Assembly: GCA_965218795.1 (NCBI GenBank)
Contig: OZ244653.1
Location: 768,001 to 832,000 of the forward strand
Direction: 5' to 3'
From: a bacterium
GTDB taxonomy: Bacteria > UBA8248 > JACPRG01 > G963555815
Length of the DNA stretch: 64,000 nucleotides
Shown here: in pieces, positions 1 through 10,947 of the stretch
Layout: each line of letters opens with the position of its first letter
How positions within the stretch are numbered: the first letter of the stretch is position 1
Program-made: the position numbers and the translations under genes
Notes under the pieces: model-generated
The model's input: the letters and a program-made list of their open reading frames with translations, nothing else
Told to the model about the DNA's origin: nothing
The model's database searches: none

Positions 1-175
1 TGCGCAGACGCTTCTTTTGATCTCTTCCAATGTCGGTCTCGATTCGGAGCAAGAGTTAACCGCTACTCACATGATAATCGGTTTTGAAACCGGGTTGGGA
101 AACGAAAACTGCGAACCTATCATTAATGGATAAAATTAATAATATCTTATTAACTAATTGAATATAAATAAAATA

Positions 176-250
176 TGGTGGCCCCAACGGGGATCGAACC
201 CGTGTTTTAGCCTTGAGAGGGCTACGTCCTGACCGCTAGACGATAGGGCC
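176..250 (-). tRNA. tRNA-Glu (anticodon CTC)
   Basis: Reverse complement GGCCCTATCGTCTAGCGGTCAGGACGTAGCC-CTCTCAA-GGCTAAAACACGGGTTCGATCCCCGTTGGGGCCACCA folds as a cloverleaf, with GTTCGA T-loop and encoded CCA. Confidence 0.96.
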
Positions 251-524
251 ACTGATTTGTGAAGCAACACCCGGGATTTCCAGTTTGCCCTTCGTTCAAT
301 CCCTGGCTGCGATTTCAGGGTTGAGACTCTTGCCCGGCAATGAAATCGATTATGGTCTCCGGCCTTCGACCTGTCAAATAGATGGTTCACCGCGCACGAG
401 GTCTTTCGGATGAACGTTCAGGCGGTCCCGTTCGGATCAGCCGCAAAAGCGAGGGTCGTGAATCGGCGAATCTCGCTTTGGTGAAAAAGGCTACGACACA
501 TAGCCGTAGCCCTGGTGGTTGATA

Positions 525-598
525 TGGCTGGGGAGCTAGGATTCGAACCTAGGTTTTCTGATCCAGAGTCAGACGTCTTGCCGCTGGACCACTCCCCA
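525..598 (-). tRNA. tRNA-Gln (anticodon CTG)
   Basis: Reverse complement TGGGGAGTGGTCCAGCGGCAAGACGTCTGA-CTCTGGA-TCAGAAAACCTAGGTTCGAATCCTAGCTCCCCAGCCA; cloverleaf with CCA end. Confidence 0.96.
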
Positions 599-677
599 GC
601 AAAAACACGTTGATAATCTACCTTCCGGCCCTATGCCGGTCAAGCCGAATCGATTGGGAGACAGCCGGAGACGGATC

Positions 678-2099
678 TCACTCTCCCGCATCCATGGCGT
701 GCGCGATGCCCCTGTCGAGGCGAGCGAGGGTCTCCTCCTTTCCCAACAGCACCAGCACCTCCGTAATGGGCGGGCTGACGGTCCCGCCGGTCGCTGCAAC
801 CCGCGCGGGCTGGGCCACGGCCAGCAGCTTGATGCCTTCTTCCTGGACGATGCCCTGAAATATGTCGTTGATGCTTTCTTCGCTGAAGTCCTGCAAACCT
901 TCCAGGCGGGAACGCAGTTTCTTGAGCCGTTCTCCCGTCTCCCCTTTCAGGAATTTCCTCGCGGCTTTCTCGTCATATTCAAAATCGGAGCGATAGAAAT
1001 ACCGAGTGGACCGGGCCAGTTCACGGAGAGTCCGGGATCGCTCCTGAAGGCTCCGGATGATGCGCTCCAGCCGGGATTGAGATTCGGCGTTCTCCGCAGT
1101 CTCTACGCCTTCCTCGGCGAGGAAAGGTTTCAGTAGAGGCATGATCTCCGCAGGCGCCATCCGGTTCATATGCTGAGAGTTCACCCAGCGGAGCTTGTCC
1201 ACGTCGAAAATAGCGGACGACGTGCCAATGGGCGCAAGGTCGAACAGCCCGACAATCTCCTCCCGGGTGAAGATTTCCTGGTCGCCGTGGGACCAGCCGA
1301 GCCGGACGAGGCAGTTGTTCATGGCCTCGGGGAGGTATCCCTCCCGCTGGTACTCCTGAATGGACGTCGCTCCGTGCCGCTTGCTCAGGCGCTTCTTGTC
1401 CGGCCCCAGAATCAGCGAGACGTGGGCGAACCGGGGGAGCTCCCATCCGAGCCCGTGATAGATCATCGCCTGGCGCGGGGTGTTGGCAAGATGGTCGTCC
1501 CCGCGGATGACGTGGGAGATTCGCATATCCACGTCATCCACCACGACCACGAAGTTGTAGGTGGGCGTCCCGTCGCTCCGCAGGATGATCATGTCGTCGA
1601 GCTGGGCGTTTTCGAAGGTCACATCGCCCCGCAGCAGGTCGTGAATGACGGTCCGGCCTTCCTCGGGCGCGGCGAACCGCAGTACGTATGGAAGATCCGG
1701 CTCGTCGCTCCGGTTTCGGCACCGTCGGTCGTAACGCGGCGGCCGGCCCTCGGCCCGCGCCTTCTCGCGCATGGCTTCGAGCTCATCAGGCGTGCAGAAG
1801 CACCGGTAGACCTTTCCCTCGGCGAGCAGTCGCCGGGCGGTTTCCGTGTAGATATCCTGGCGCTCGGATTGGCGGTGGGGACCTTCGTCCCAGTCTATCC
1901 CCAGCCATGTAAGCCCGTCCAGAATCTGCTGGATGGACTCCTCGGTGGAGCGCTCCCGGTCGGTGTCCTCGATCCGGAGAATGTACGCTCCCCCGTGGTG
2001 CCGGGCGAAGAACCAATTGAACAGCGCGGTCCGAACCCCGCCGATGTGAAGGTGGCCGGTTGGGCTGGGGGCGAAGCGGACTCGAATTTCCTGGCTCAT
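678..2099 (-). CDS. gltX: glutamate--tRNA ligase
   Basis: RVRFAPSPTGHLHIGG (HIGH motif), LRIEDTD, HVIRGDDH, KRLSKRHG (KMSKS motif); 473 aa. Confidence 0.98.
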   Translation of the reverse strand: MSQEIRVRFAPSPTGHLHIGGVRTALFNWFFARHHGGAYILRIEDTDRERSTEESIQQILDGLTWLGIDWDEGPHRQSERQDIYTETARRLLAEGKVYRCFCTPDELEAMREKARAEGRPPRYDRRCRNRSDEPDLPYVLRFAAPEEGRTVIHDLLRGDVTFENAQLDDMIILRSDGTPTYNFVVVVDDVDMRISHVIRGDDHLANTPRQAMIYHGLGWELPRFAHVSLILGPDKKRLSKRHGATSIQEYQREGYLPEAMNNCLVRLGWSHGDQEIFTREEIVGLFDLAPIGTSSAIFDVDKLRWVNSQHMNRMAPAEIMPLLKPFLAEEGVETAENAESQSRLERIIRSLQERSRTLRELARSTRYFYRSDFEYDEKAARKFLKGETGERLKKLRSRLEGLQDFSEESINDIFQGIVQEEGIKLLAVAQPARVAATGGTVSPPITEVLVLLGKEETLARLDRGIAHAMDAGE

Positions 2100-2336
2100 G
2101 GGCTTTCCTTCATTCGGATTCCCGGCGGCTCATCCTCTCTCGTGCCGTGTCTCTCAAATGCATCGGCACATGGGTGATGGCAGAAGCCGCTTCAATCATA
2201 AGAACTGCGCTCGCGGCGGGCATCTTGCCCGGCATTGCGGGAGAACGATGGCCCGCGGAACTGTGGCGCCTTCGCTACTGCACTATCCTTTAGGTAGGGG
2301 CTCCCCCATCCCGCGTAAAGGGGTCCGGCGTTTCCA

Positions 2337-3215
2337 TCAGAGAAGAAAGATCAGGACGAGCGGCGTCGTCGCGAGGCTGATCACGGTCGAGACCCAGACC
2401 ACCGATGCCACCATCTCCGGGTTCTTGTCGAACTTTTGAGCGAAGATGAAATTGATGACCGCGGAGGGCATGCTGAAGCCCAGGATCACGACAGCCCGCG
2501 CGACGCCTTCCAGGTCCAGGAGCGTGACGGTCAGCCAGGCGAGGGCAAATCCTCCAGCGATGCGAAGGGCGGCGGCGGCGGTCGCCATCTTCAAGGCGCG
2601 GACGCGGACCGTCACCAGCCGATAGCCCAGAGAGAAGAGCATGAACCCGATGGCCGCGGTACCCATCATTTCCAGCGGCCGCTGTATGATGAGGGGCACC
2701 TTCCATCCCATGAGAGAGACGACGATGCCGGCGCCGGCAGTATACATCATCGGCATTTGGAGGGCTTCAGAGGCGTTCTTGGCCCCCCGGCTGACAATCG
2801 CCATCCCCAGGGTGTAGTGGATGATGACATTTGTCGCGAAAAAGATTACGGCAAGCGCCAGCCCCTGCTCTCCGAAAGCGAACAGGCAAAGCGGCAGGTT
2901 CATGTTTCCGGCGTTGGGAAACATGATCGGGAGGTAAAGCCCGCGGAGGTCCTCCCGGAAGAATCTTAAAAAAATGGTGCACAGGAGCCACATCCCCAGT
3001 ATGATGAGGAGTACGGCGAGCGGGATGAAACCCATCATCCGCGGGGAAAGGTCGCTTTTGGCTAAGGCAGAAAACGCGAGGGCCGGGGAGGCGACGTAGA
3101 TGATGACTTCCGTCAGCGCGTCCAGGTCGATTTTCTTCAGCCGCCCGAACAGGTACCCCAGCCCAATCAGAAAAAACACCGGGAAAACGATTGAGAAGAC
3201 CTTGGCGGCTATCAT
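2337..3215 (-). CDS. AEC (auxin efflux carrier) family transporter
   Basis: Highly hydrophobic 292 aa; FPNAGNMNLPL motif; SMPSAV...STVISLATTP C-terminus. Confidence 0.85.
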   Translation of the reverse strand: MIAAKVFSIVFPVFFLIGLGYLFGRLKKIDLDALTEVIIYVASPALAFSALAKSDLSPRMMGFIPLAVLLIILGMWLLCTIFLRFFREDLRGLYLPIMFPNAGNMNLPLCLFAFGEQGLALAVIFFATNVIIHYTLGMAIVSRGAKNASEALQMPMMYTAGAGIVVSLMGWKVPLIIQRPLEMMGTAAIGFMLFSLGYRLVTVRVRALKMATAAAALRIAGGFALAWLTVTLLDLEGVARAVVILGFSMPSAVINFIFAQKFDKNPEMVASVVWVSTVISLATTPLVLIFLL

Positions 3216-3392
3216 GTGTGCCCAGGGTTCAAATGGCTGCGGATCTGAGCGCCCCGGTTCAGATCCATTGTTCGGGAATGGGGCGGGGAGACGCGGAATC
3301 TTATCTCATACATCGGCCCCCTGGCAAAAGGCCCGGGCAGACGCGCAGCACAGGAAGTCCCCGATGCCGATCGGAATCGGGATCCACGCCGA

Positions 3393-4628
3393 ATGAATCG
3401 TCTGAGCGTCCTCGGTTGGTCCTTCTACGATTTTGCCAATTCAGCTTATCCCACGGTCATCGTGACGGTGGCCTACAGCATCTATTTTAAAAATGTGGTG
3501 GCGTCCGGCGGAGGGGATTTCTTTTGGGGGCTGGCCATCTCGGTGTCGATGGTGAGCGTTGCCGCCTTGGCCCCCTTTCTTGGCTCCGTCGCGGACGTTT
3601 CGGGATCCAAGAAAAAGTTTCTTCTTCTCTTCGCCACCCTCTGCGTGGTCTTCACCGGGCTTTTGTTCTTCGTGGAACGCGGAGACTTACTCGCCGGAGT
3701 CCTGTTTTTTATTCTGGCGAACATCGGCTTCGAGGCGAGCTTGATCTTCTATAACGCATTTGTTCCGGATCTGGCGGATCCGAAGGATTACGGAAAGGTC
3801 TCCGGCTACGGCTGGGCGTTCGGATACGTCGGCGGTCTGCTCTGCCTCTTTTGGGTGCTCCCGCTGATCAAGGGTGGTTTTGCGGAGGAAAATCTTTTGA
3901 ATTTTCGCTCCGCGTTCCCACGGGTGGCGATCTTCTACGCCGTGTTCACCCTCCCGACCATCCTGTGGCTCAGAGAGGAAACGTCCCGGCCGAAGGGAGT
4001 CGGCTGGGACGTGATGGTCCGCCGGGGTTGGGTTCAGCTTCGCGAGACCTTTCACCACATACGCCGCCTGCGGCACCTCTTCCGGTTTCTGGTGGCCTTT
4101 CTTCTGTACAACGACGGCATCGCTACGGTGATCGCTTTCAGTTCCATATACGCCGTCGGCACGCTGGGCTTCAGCGTGGCGGAGGTGACGGTCCTGTTCA
4201 TCGCCGTCCAGGCATCGGCGTGCGTCGGCGCATTCGCTTTCGGGTTCGTCGTGGATCGGTGGGGCGCCAAGCCGACACTGCTGTTGCTGCTGGCGGTTTG
4301 GTGTCTCGTCGTCCTCGCGGCATTCTTCACCACGACGCAGGGTCAGTATTTTGGGGTGGCCATGGTGGCGGGTATCGGCCTGGGATCGGTCCAGTCCGCC
4401 AGCCGAAGCCTGATGGCGATGTTCATTCCGGAAGGCAAAAGCGCCGAATTTTATGGCTTCTACGGGATTTGCGGAAAGCTCTCGGCCATTCTGGGGCCAG
4501 TGACGTTCGGAACGGTTTCCGTCCTGGCGGGAAGCCAGCGGGTGGCCATCCTCTCTGTCTTAATCTTTTTTCTGCTCGGAATGGCAACGCTTGCGACCGT
4601 TCGGGTCAGTCGAGTGAAGGAATCGTAG
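3393..4628 (+). CDS. MFS transporter (UMF1/ATG22-like)
   Basis: WSFYDFANSAY N-terminus, GKVSGYGWAFGYVGG, SRSLMA...EFYGFY; about 12 TM segments. Confidence 0.88.
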   Translation: MNRLSVLGWSFYDFANSAYPTVIVTVAYSIYFKNVVASGGGDFFWGLAISVSMVSVAALAPFLGSVADVSGSKKKFLLLFATLCVVFTGLLFFVERGDLLAGVLFFILANIGFEASLIFYNAFVPDLADPKDYGKVSGYGWAFGYVGGLLCLFWVLPLIKGGFAEENLLNFRSAFPRVAIFYAVFTLPTILWLREETSRPKGVGWDVMVRRGWVQLRETFHHIRRLRHLFRFLVAFLLYNDGIATVIAFSSIYAVGTLGFSVAEVTVLFIAVQASACVGAFAFGFVVDRWGAKPTLLLLLAVWCLVVLAAFFTTTQGQYFGVAMVAGIGLGSVQSASRSLMAMFIPEGKSAEFYGFYGICGKLSAILGPVTFGTVSVLAGSQRVAILSVLIFFLLGMATLATVRVSRVKES

Positions 4629-4639
4629 AGACCGCCGGG

Positions 4640-4952
4640 CTCAGGCGAGGGCGGGCTGGAGGGTTTCCTGCGGGCATCGCAACAATTCTTCGGTGCGATA
4701 GGGTTAGGCAATGACGCGGGGGAAGCCGTACTCCTGATAGTTCGCCATGATGGGAGCGTTGGAGTAACAGCTGGAGACGATGGCCTTCACGTCAGGGTCG
4801 ATTTGAAGCAGCCACGGAATCGTTTCCCGGCCGCCCGCTCCCTTGGGAACGGTCAGGTCGAGGATCACGCAATCAAACGGCCGCCCTTCTTCCTGTACCC
4901 TTGGTAGCAGCGAGCAGCGAAGGGCCTCTTTACCTTCTTCGGCCGGATTCAC
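4640..4952 (-). pseudogene. remnant of a receiver domain from a hybrid histidine kinase/response regulator
   Basis: FDCVILDLTVPKGAGG...KAIVSS; the expected VIAKPY reads VIA*PY (TAA); no N-terminus. Confidence 0.6.
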
Positions 4953-5416
4953 TCACCATATATAAGAGCTTAAGGCAATATCAACACTAAAAGGGGCATA
5001 TCCTGCGCTTGAAAGGTCGCTCCCGAAGCCGGAGACCGTCATTAGGGGCGCAAGAGGAACACGACATATCTGAAAATCAATCAACGTATTCCTTGCAATA
5101 AATTATGGGGATAAAACATTTCGATTCATGACGCAAGACCTTGAAAGTCTGCATCCGGGTCGTAATGGCCCGGCTTCCGGCTGAAACGCCGAGGCGCGCA
5201 GAACCACTTAGAAAAATTCCCGCCTCGAGCCTCTTTCTCAGGGTTGATTGCCGCCCATTTGCCTTGGAGAACTGAAAATTTTCGGCCTGTGTTTGAAAAG
5301 TCTCGAAATTCAACCCTGTCGGATACACATTTTTCTAGACAGGCAAGGCGTTTCGTTGAGCCTCACGATCGAAAGTGATAATTTCACTAAAGTCGCCGGT
5401 TTTCGAGGGTTTGCGA

Positions 5417-6667
5417 ATGGTTTCGTTAGATGAGGGCAGAAATACAGCCGTTGATCGCGCGCCTTTCCTCGGGGCGGAGAAGGTCGAAGTTTTAGAGGGC
5501 AGGAACCGGGCGAGCGCCGAAGACGTTCTTGCGGGCTTTGACCATCCCCGTTGGGATCAGTCCGCAATGGACGGATTCGGGTTCAAGGCTGCGGATACGG
5601 CGGGGGCCTCCCCGGCCTCTCCCGTCCGTCTGAGGCTCACCGAAACACTGACCGCGGGCGGCGCGGCCTCTGCCGACATCGGCCCCGGCGAGGCCGTCCG
5701 AATCATGACCGGCGCGGTCATTCCGCCTGGAACGGACGCCGTCGCACCTCTGGAAGAGGCCCACGCCGAAAACGGATTCGTTTTCATCCAGAATCCGGCG
5801 CAAGCCGGCCAGTACGTTCGGAAGGCGGGAGATGAAGTCGGCGCGGGTTCGCGCATCCTCGACCGGGGGGAGGAGATTCGGGCGACCCACATCGAATCCC
5901 TGACACTGATGGGGAGAACACACGTTGAGGTGGGGAGGCGACCCCTGGTGGCGATTTTTTCCACCGGGGATGAAGTCGTCGAGCCCGAGGATCACCGGAC
6001 TGTGGAAGGGGGCTTGGGCCATGGTCAGTTCTATTGTTCCATCAACTACTATATGGCGGCCCTGGTCATGGAGGCGGGAGGCGTCCCGCTTCGGATGGGA
6101 ATCGCCGAGGACACGCTGAAATCCACTTCGGAACGCGTCCTCGCCTGCGCCAACGCGGACGCCGTGATCATCACGGGAGGAACGGGGAAGGGAGACAAGG
6201 ACCTCGTCGCGCCGGCGATGACAGAGGCCGGCGTGGAAATGGTGTTCAAGAACGTTGACATATGGCCGGGGACTTATTCGGCCTTCGGTCTTCTGGGACG
6301 AAACCTGGTGTTCAACATTCCGGGGAACCCTTCGGCCGCACACATTTGCTATGAGTTGTTCGTCCGTCCGGCTTTTCGTCGCATGGCGGGATACCGCGAT
6401 CCAGGACCCCGATTCCAGCGGGTCATGCTGGGCGCCGGGATTCGGGTGAAGGCGCGTGAAGGGCTTCCGAACTTTGTGCGGGGTCGCGTTGTCTTCGGTG
6501 CCTCGGACGGCCGTCTGATTGCGATGCCGTGGAAGAGCGAGGGGTTGCCGCCCTCGCGGATGAACGCCTTTCTCGTCGTCCCGGCCGGGGTCGGAGAGGT
6601 CCGCCAGGGGGAATCCGTGGAGGCCCTGCTTTTTTCTCCTCCGCAGCAGGATGATTCGCCCGGCTGA
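5417..6667 (+). CDS. moeA: molybdopterin molybdenumtransferase (gephyrin-like)
   Basis: SAMDGFG, RIMTGAVIPPGTDAV, STGDEV, PGNPSA motifs. Confidence 0.9.
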   Translation: MVSLDEGRNTAVDRAPFLGAEKVEVLEGRNRASAEDVLAGFDHPRWDQSAMDGFGFKAADTAGASPASPVRLRLTETLTAGGAASADIGPGEAVRIMTGAVIPPGTDAVAPLEEAHAENGFVFIQNPAQAGQYVRKAGDEVGAGSRILDRGEEIRATHIESLTLMGRTHVEVGRRPLVAIFSTGDEVVEPEDHRTVEGGLGHGQFYCSINYYMAALVMEAGGVPLRMGIAEDTLKSTSERVLACANADAVIITGGTGKGDKDLVAPAMTEAGVEMVFKNVDIWPGTYSAFGLLGRNLVFNIPGNPSAAHICYELFVRPAFRRMAGYRDPGPRFQRVMLGAGIRVKAREGLPNFVRGRVVFGASDGRLIAMPWKSEGLPPSRMNAFLVVPAGVGEVRQGESVEALLFSPPQQDDSPG

Positions 6668-6801
6668 AGCAATGGAAGCCTGGGCCGAATTCGAATGCGA
6701 AACGACTGCCGGAGGCTCAAGTCTGCCCCTATGTTCCGGACGCCCGGTTGAAGTGAACATAGCGCAGTCTCATCTTTACATGAGCCCGCAAGGAGTCAAC
6801 C

Positions 6802-7275
6802 ATGTCATCCAATGACCGTATCGATCAACGACTCAACGAGCTTGGGATCCAGCTTCCTGAACCACCCTCGCCGGTCGGGGACTATATCGCCGTCCACCAT
6901 GCGGGTCATTTGATTTTCGTATCCGGACAAATCCCTCTGGAAGCCGGGAACCTCAAATTTACGGGGAAGATCGGTTCCGATTTGACCGTCGAGGAAGGAC
7001 AGGCGGCGGCGCGACTGTGCGCCATCAATGCTCTGGCCCAGATCCGCAAATCCCTGGGGAGCTGGGAGGGCTTCGGCGGCATCGTGAGGATGAGCGGTTA
7101 CGTGGCCAGCGCCGAGGGATTTACCGGCCAGGCGCAGGTCATGGACGGCGCATCCGGGTTGATGGCCGAGGCGTTGGGTGACCGGGCCGCTCATGCGCGT
7201 CTGGCCATAGGCGTGAGCGAGTTGCCCCTGGGAGCGCCGGTCGAACTGGAGGTCATCGCCAAGAAGTCCGGATAG
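6802..7275 (+). CDS. RidA/YjgF family protein
   Basis: LIFVSGQIP, HARLAIGVSELPLGAPVELE; RBS AAGGAG upstream. Confidence 0.9.
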   Translation: MSSNDRIDQRLNELGIQLPEPPSPVGDYIAVHHAGHLIFVSGQIPLEAGNLKFTGKIGSDLTVEEGQAAARLCAINALAQIRKSLGSWEGFGGIVRMSGYVASAEGFTGQAQVMDGASGLMAEALGDRAAHARLAIGVSELPLGAPVELEVIAKKSG

Positions 7276-7345
7276 CTCAGATCTTTGTGCCGTATCGGGT
7301 CCGTTGCCACTGTTCCCGCATTGAATCATTTCCCGGGAGTTCCGT

Positions 7346-7921
7346 TTGGCCGCTGGCAAGGGAAGTCGCAAAGATTTCGAAGAGGTGGCCCTGGTCCACC
7401 TGGACTCCATTTACCGTGCGGCCTTGCGTCTTAGCCGGGAACCCGCAGACGCACAGGATCTTACCCAGGACGTCTTCCTCCGAGCCTATCGCGCCTTTCA
7501 CCAATTCGAGGTTGGGACCAATTGCAGGGCCTGGCTGTTCAAGATTTTGAAGAACGCTTTCATCAACCGGGAGCGTTCGATGAGCCAATCCCGGACCCAC
7601 ATTCCACTGGACGAAACCGAAGCCTTCAATGAAGGGTGGATCGAGGAAGCCTCTTCCGCCGCCGGCGAGAGGCCCGAAGACCGATTCCTGAGCAAGCTGA
7701 CCGGGGATCAGATCCGCCAGGCGGTGGACAAGCTGCCGGACAGCTTCCGTCGGGTCTTCATTCTCTCCGAGGTTGAAGGCTTTACGTACAGAGAGATCGC
7801 CCGGATCGAGGACTGCCCGCTCGGCACGGTGATGTCCCGTTTGTTCCGCGCACGGAGGATGCTCCAGTCGCACCTGCGCGAATATACCGAGGAAACCGAT
7901 TATCGCGTCACGAAGACATAG
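7346..7921 (+). CDS. ECF sigma-70 family RNA polymerase sigma factor
   Basis: DAQDLTQDVFLRAY, AWLFKILKN, YREIARIEDCPLGTVMSRLFRAR. Confidence 0.92.
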   Translation: MAAGKGSRKDFEEVALVHLDSIYRAALRLSREPADAQDLTQDVFLRAYRAFHQFEVGTNCRAWLFKILKNAFINRERSMSQSRTHIPLDETEAFNEGWIEEASSAAGERPEDRFLSKLTGDQIRQAVDKLPDSFRRVFILSEVEGFTYREIARIEDCPLGTVMSRLFRARRMLQSHLREYTEETDYRVTKT

Positions 7922-7976
7922 GGCAGATGGTTCCCTTATTTGATTCATCTGGATTCATCTCAAGAAGGATTCGACC

Positions 7977-8756
7977 GTGCACCCAGTCTTGTTCGAGTTC
8001 GGCCCGGTGGTGGTGCGGTTCTATGGGCTGATGTACGTCATCGCCCTGCTCGCGGGCGTATGGATCATCCGCGGGGAGTCGGACCGCCTCGGGCTCGGTC
8101 TGGCGAAAGAAGACGTCTACAATTACTGTTTGTACGGCTTGATCGCGGGCATCATCGGCGGCCGGATTTACTACGTCATCTTCAATTGGCCCTATTACGG
8201 ACGAAACCCCGCGGAAATCCCGGCCATCTGGCACGGCGGTCTGGCGATCCACGGCGGTGTGATCGCCGGGTTCCTTTTCTCTCTGTGGTATGTCCGGCGC
8301 CGAAAGATTCCGCTCTGGAGGTTGGGCGATGCCGCGGCTCCGGCGCTCATCCTGGGACAGGCCTTCGGCCGCTTCGGGAACTTCATGAACGGCGACGCGC
8401 ACGGGGTTCCCACGTCAATGCCGTGGGGCGTCATTTTCCCTCGGGAGAGCATCGCGGGCTGGGAGTTCCCCGGCCGGCCGGTTCATCCGACCATGCTCTA
8501 CGAGCTGCTGTTCAACCTCTGCTGGTTCGGAATCCTCTGGAGGTTGAGGAAGCGCCCGCACAAGGACGGGTTCATCTTCGGGCTGTACGTGATCCTGTAT
8601 TCCGTGGGGCGGTTCATCGTCAGCTCGTTCCGGGCGGACAGCTTGATGCTTGGGGGCCTTCGGACGGCCCACGTCATCAGCATCGTTCTGATCGCGATTG
8701 CCGGGTTATGGATTGCGAGAGGGCGTCTCTGGTCGGCCCCAGAGGAGCGCGGCTGA
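7977..8756 (+). CDS. lgt: prolipoprotein diacylglyceryl transferase
   Basis: RFYGLMY, GGRIYYV, GGLAIHGG, GQAFGRFGNFMNG, HPTMLYE. Confidence 0.96.
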   Translation: MHPVLFEFGPVVVRFYGLMYVIALLAGVWIIRGESDRLGLGLAKEDVYNYCLYGLIAGIIGGRIYYVIFNWPYYGRNPAEIPAIWHGGLAIHGGVIAGFLFSLWYVRRRKIPLWRLGDAAAPALILGQAFGRFGNFMNGDAHGVPTSMPWGVIFPRESIAGWEFPGRPVHPTMLYELLFNLCWFGILWRLRKRPHKDGFIFGLYVILYSVGRFIVSSFRADSLMLGGLRTAHVISIVLIAIAGLWIARGRLWSAPEERG

Positions 8757-8993
8757 CGGCGGCATGGAAGGCCTTTTGCGTCACCGGATGCGGGTGACCC
8801 GTTTCCGTCGCCGCTCCAAGCACTTCGCGGCGCCAGAACCAGGCAATGGGAAACGTGTCTTGCGGGCCGGACTGTCCGTTTCGTCGCTATGGCTGAACGA
8901 ATGCGGACTGGTTATCATCCAGACGATGAGCGAAGATATCGTCGTACCGAATTATTGGAGCGCGCACGATCCAATCTTGAGCGAGAGCAATGA

Positions 8994-9841
8994 ATGACTG
9001 ACGTCAACCCCCCACCGATAACCTGCTTTGGCCAACCCTTAAAGCATTGGAAGCCCGGGGAGGTTCCGCCTCCGTTCAGGAACTATCGGAACAGTTGGCC
9101 TCCGATCTGCAATTGCCCGACGAGGTCTTGAACGTCCCGCACGGAGAAGGACCGCAATCCGAATTCGATTATCGCGCTGGATGGGCGCGCACCCGCTTGA
9201 AGTATGCTGACGCAGTCGACAACACGTCGAGAGGCATTTGGACGATCACGGAACTTGGTCGACGGATTCGAACGGAGGAAGAAGTACGCGACCTGGTCCG
9301 TCAGGGACGTGCCGAGCGGCACCGGAAGAGGCGATCGCGGAACATCGAGTCTGAAGCAGAGAACGGCGACGGGGTCAAAGAGCAGGATTGGACGGAAGAT
9401 ATTCTCGATATTGTGCGACGTATGAAACCCGACGCCTTCGAGCGACTTTGTCAGCGCGTTCTTCGGGAATCAGGATTCACCAAGGTTGAAGTATCGGGCC
9501 GCTCTGGAGATGGCGGTATCGACGGTGCCGGGGTATTGCGCGTCAACCTCATCTCGTTTCATGTTCGCTTCCAGTGCAAGAGATACGCTGGTTCGGTCGG
9601 TGCGCCTGAAATTCGAGACTTCAGGGGAGCCATGATCGGTCGCGCAGACAAGGGGTTGTTCATCACCACAGGCTGGTTCACCAAGGATGCGGAACGAGAA
9701 GCCGTCCGGGACGGGGCACCTGCTATCGATCTGATCAATGGCATCGAACTTTGCCGGCTTCTGAGGGAGCTTGAACTGGGTGTAAGCATCGTGACCGTCG
9801 AAGTTGCCAAGCCTAGGCCGGAATTCTTCGAGGGCCTCTAA
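8994..9841 (+). CDS. mrr: Mrr type IV restriction endonuclease (apparent frameshift near the start)
   Basis: Mrr_N wHTH (LLWPTLKAL...YRAGWARTRLK...SRGIWTIT) plus Mrr_cat (GRSGDGGIDG, FQCKRY, KGLFITT, IDLINGIEL). ATG at 8994 is out of frame with the main ORF across C6 at 9008-9013. Confidence 0.88.
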
Positions 9842-9923
9842 GACGCATGCTCACAGCGCTCGGCGTGCGGCCGAGCCTCTATCTCGCGACGAAGGCGCAC
9901 AGGGTTGTATGGAAGTTGTAAAG

Positions 9924-10947
9924 TGTGGGGTTCGTATAGATCATTTCAATTCGTGCAGCTTCTGATCCATCACGTAGTTCTGGTCCCGGATTCGCTCCTT
10001 GGTCGGTTCGAACGCGGCGTAGACGTCTTCGGGCAGGGGCGTTTTCGACAGCAGGTCGCAAACACGATCAATGGGTGAACGGCCGTTCAGGGCCGTATGC
10101 GGTCGATGCCAATTGTAGAAGTACCGCCATTCGTCCAGCTGCTGTTGAAGATCGACTGCCTTCAGAGCGACGGTTGACCAGAACTCCTGCAGATCGGTCT
10201 TCTGGCTGCGCTTGCCCTTGCCGTTCAGATGGGGTGACCGAGGCTTGATCGGACGGAACTTGATCGCCCATTCGCATGAGGCGTTGCTGGACCTTGCAGG
10301 CGAAGAACTCGCGGCCACGGTCCGTCTGGGTCCGCTGTATGGGGAAAGGCATCTCCTCAAGCACCTGCTCAAGGAAGTCAAGGGTGTTCGAGGCCGTGCG
10401 GCGCGGATCAATCCCAACACCTTGTAGCGGCTGCAATCGTCTATCGCCGTATATGGATACAGGGCCGGGGCGATCTGACAGACATCCATCAGGACGCGGT
10501 CCCCCGGGACGGGCCGGACATAGCGTTTGCTCCTTTTCCGCCAAGACCGTTTGCGTTCGAGAACGTTGACCCCATGCCGCTCCAGGACCTTGTGGACCGT
10601 CTCAAGCGAGAGGCGAAGGTCGTGACGACGAATGAGCTCGCTTCTGAGCTGCTTTATCCCAAGCCGCCGCTCAAGACGGAGGCGGACGATCAAGCGCTCT
10701 TCCCGCTCGAACACCTTCTTCCTCGGAGATCGGTGAGGACGCCTGCTCTGGCTACTCAGGCCGTCCACACCGGCCTGGTCGTATCTCCGTTGCCATTTGC
10801 GTAGGGTCGGTCGGGAAATACCGCATCGTCGGCAAACGAGGCCCGCGTCGCCGGTTGCCTTATACAACTCGATCCAGCCCAGGCGCTTCTCCTGATCCGC
10901 ATCCATTCCTCATCTTACGAGATGAAATGATCTATACGAACCCCACA
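9924..10947 (-). mobile_element. IS481-family insertion sequence
   Basis: Perfect 25-bp terminal inverted repeats TGTGGGGTTCGTATAGATCATTTCA (9924-9948 / 10923-10947); TGT...ACA ends; ~1 kb. Confidence 0.92.
9941..10906 (-). pseudogene. IS481-family transposase with internal frameshifts
   Basis: HTH (CGISRPTLRKW), TAIDDCSRY, SPHLNGK, YNWHRPHTALNG; the IQRTQTDRGREF segment lies in another frame (two compensating shifts). Confidence 0.85.
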
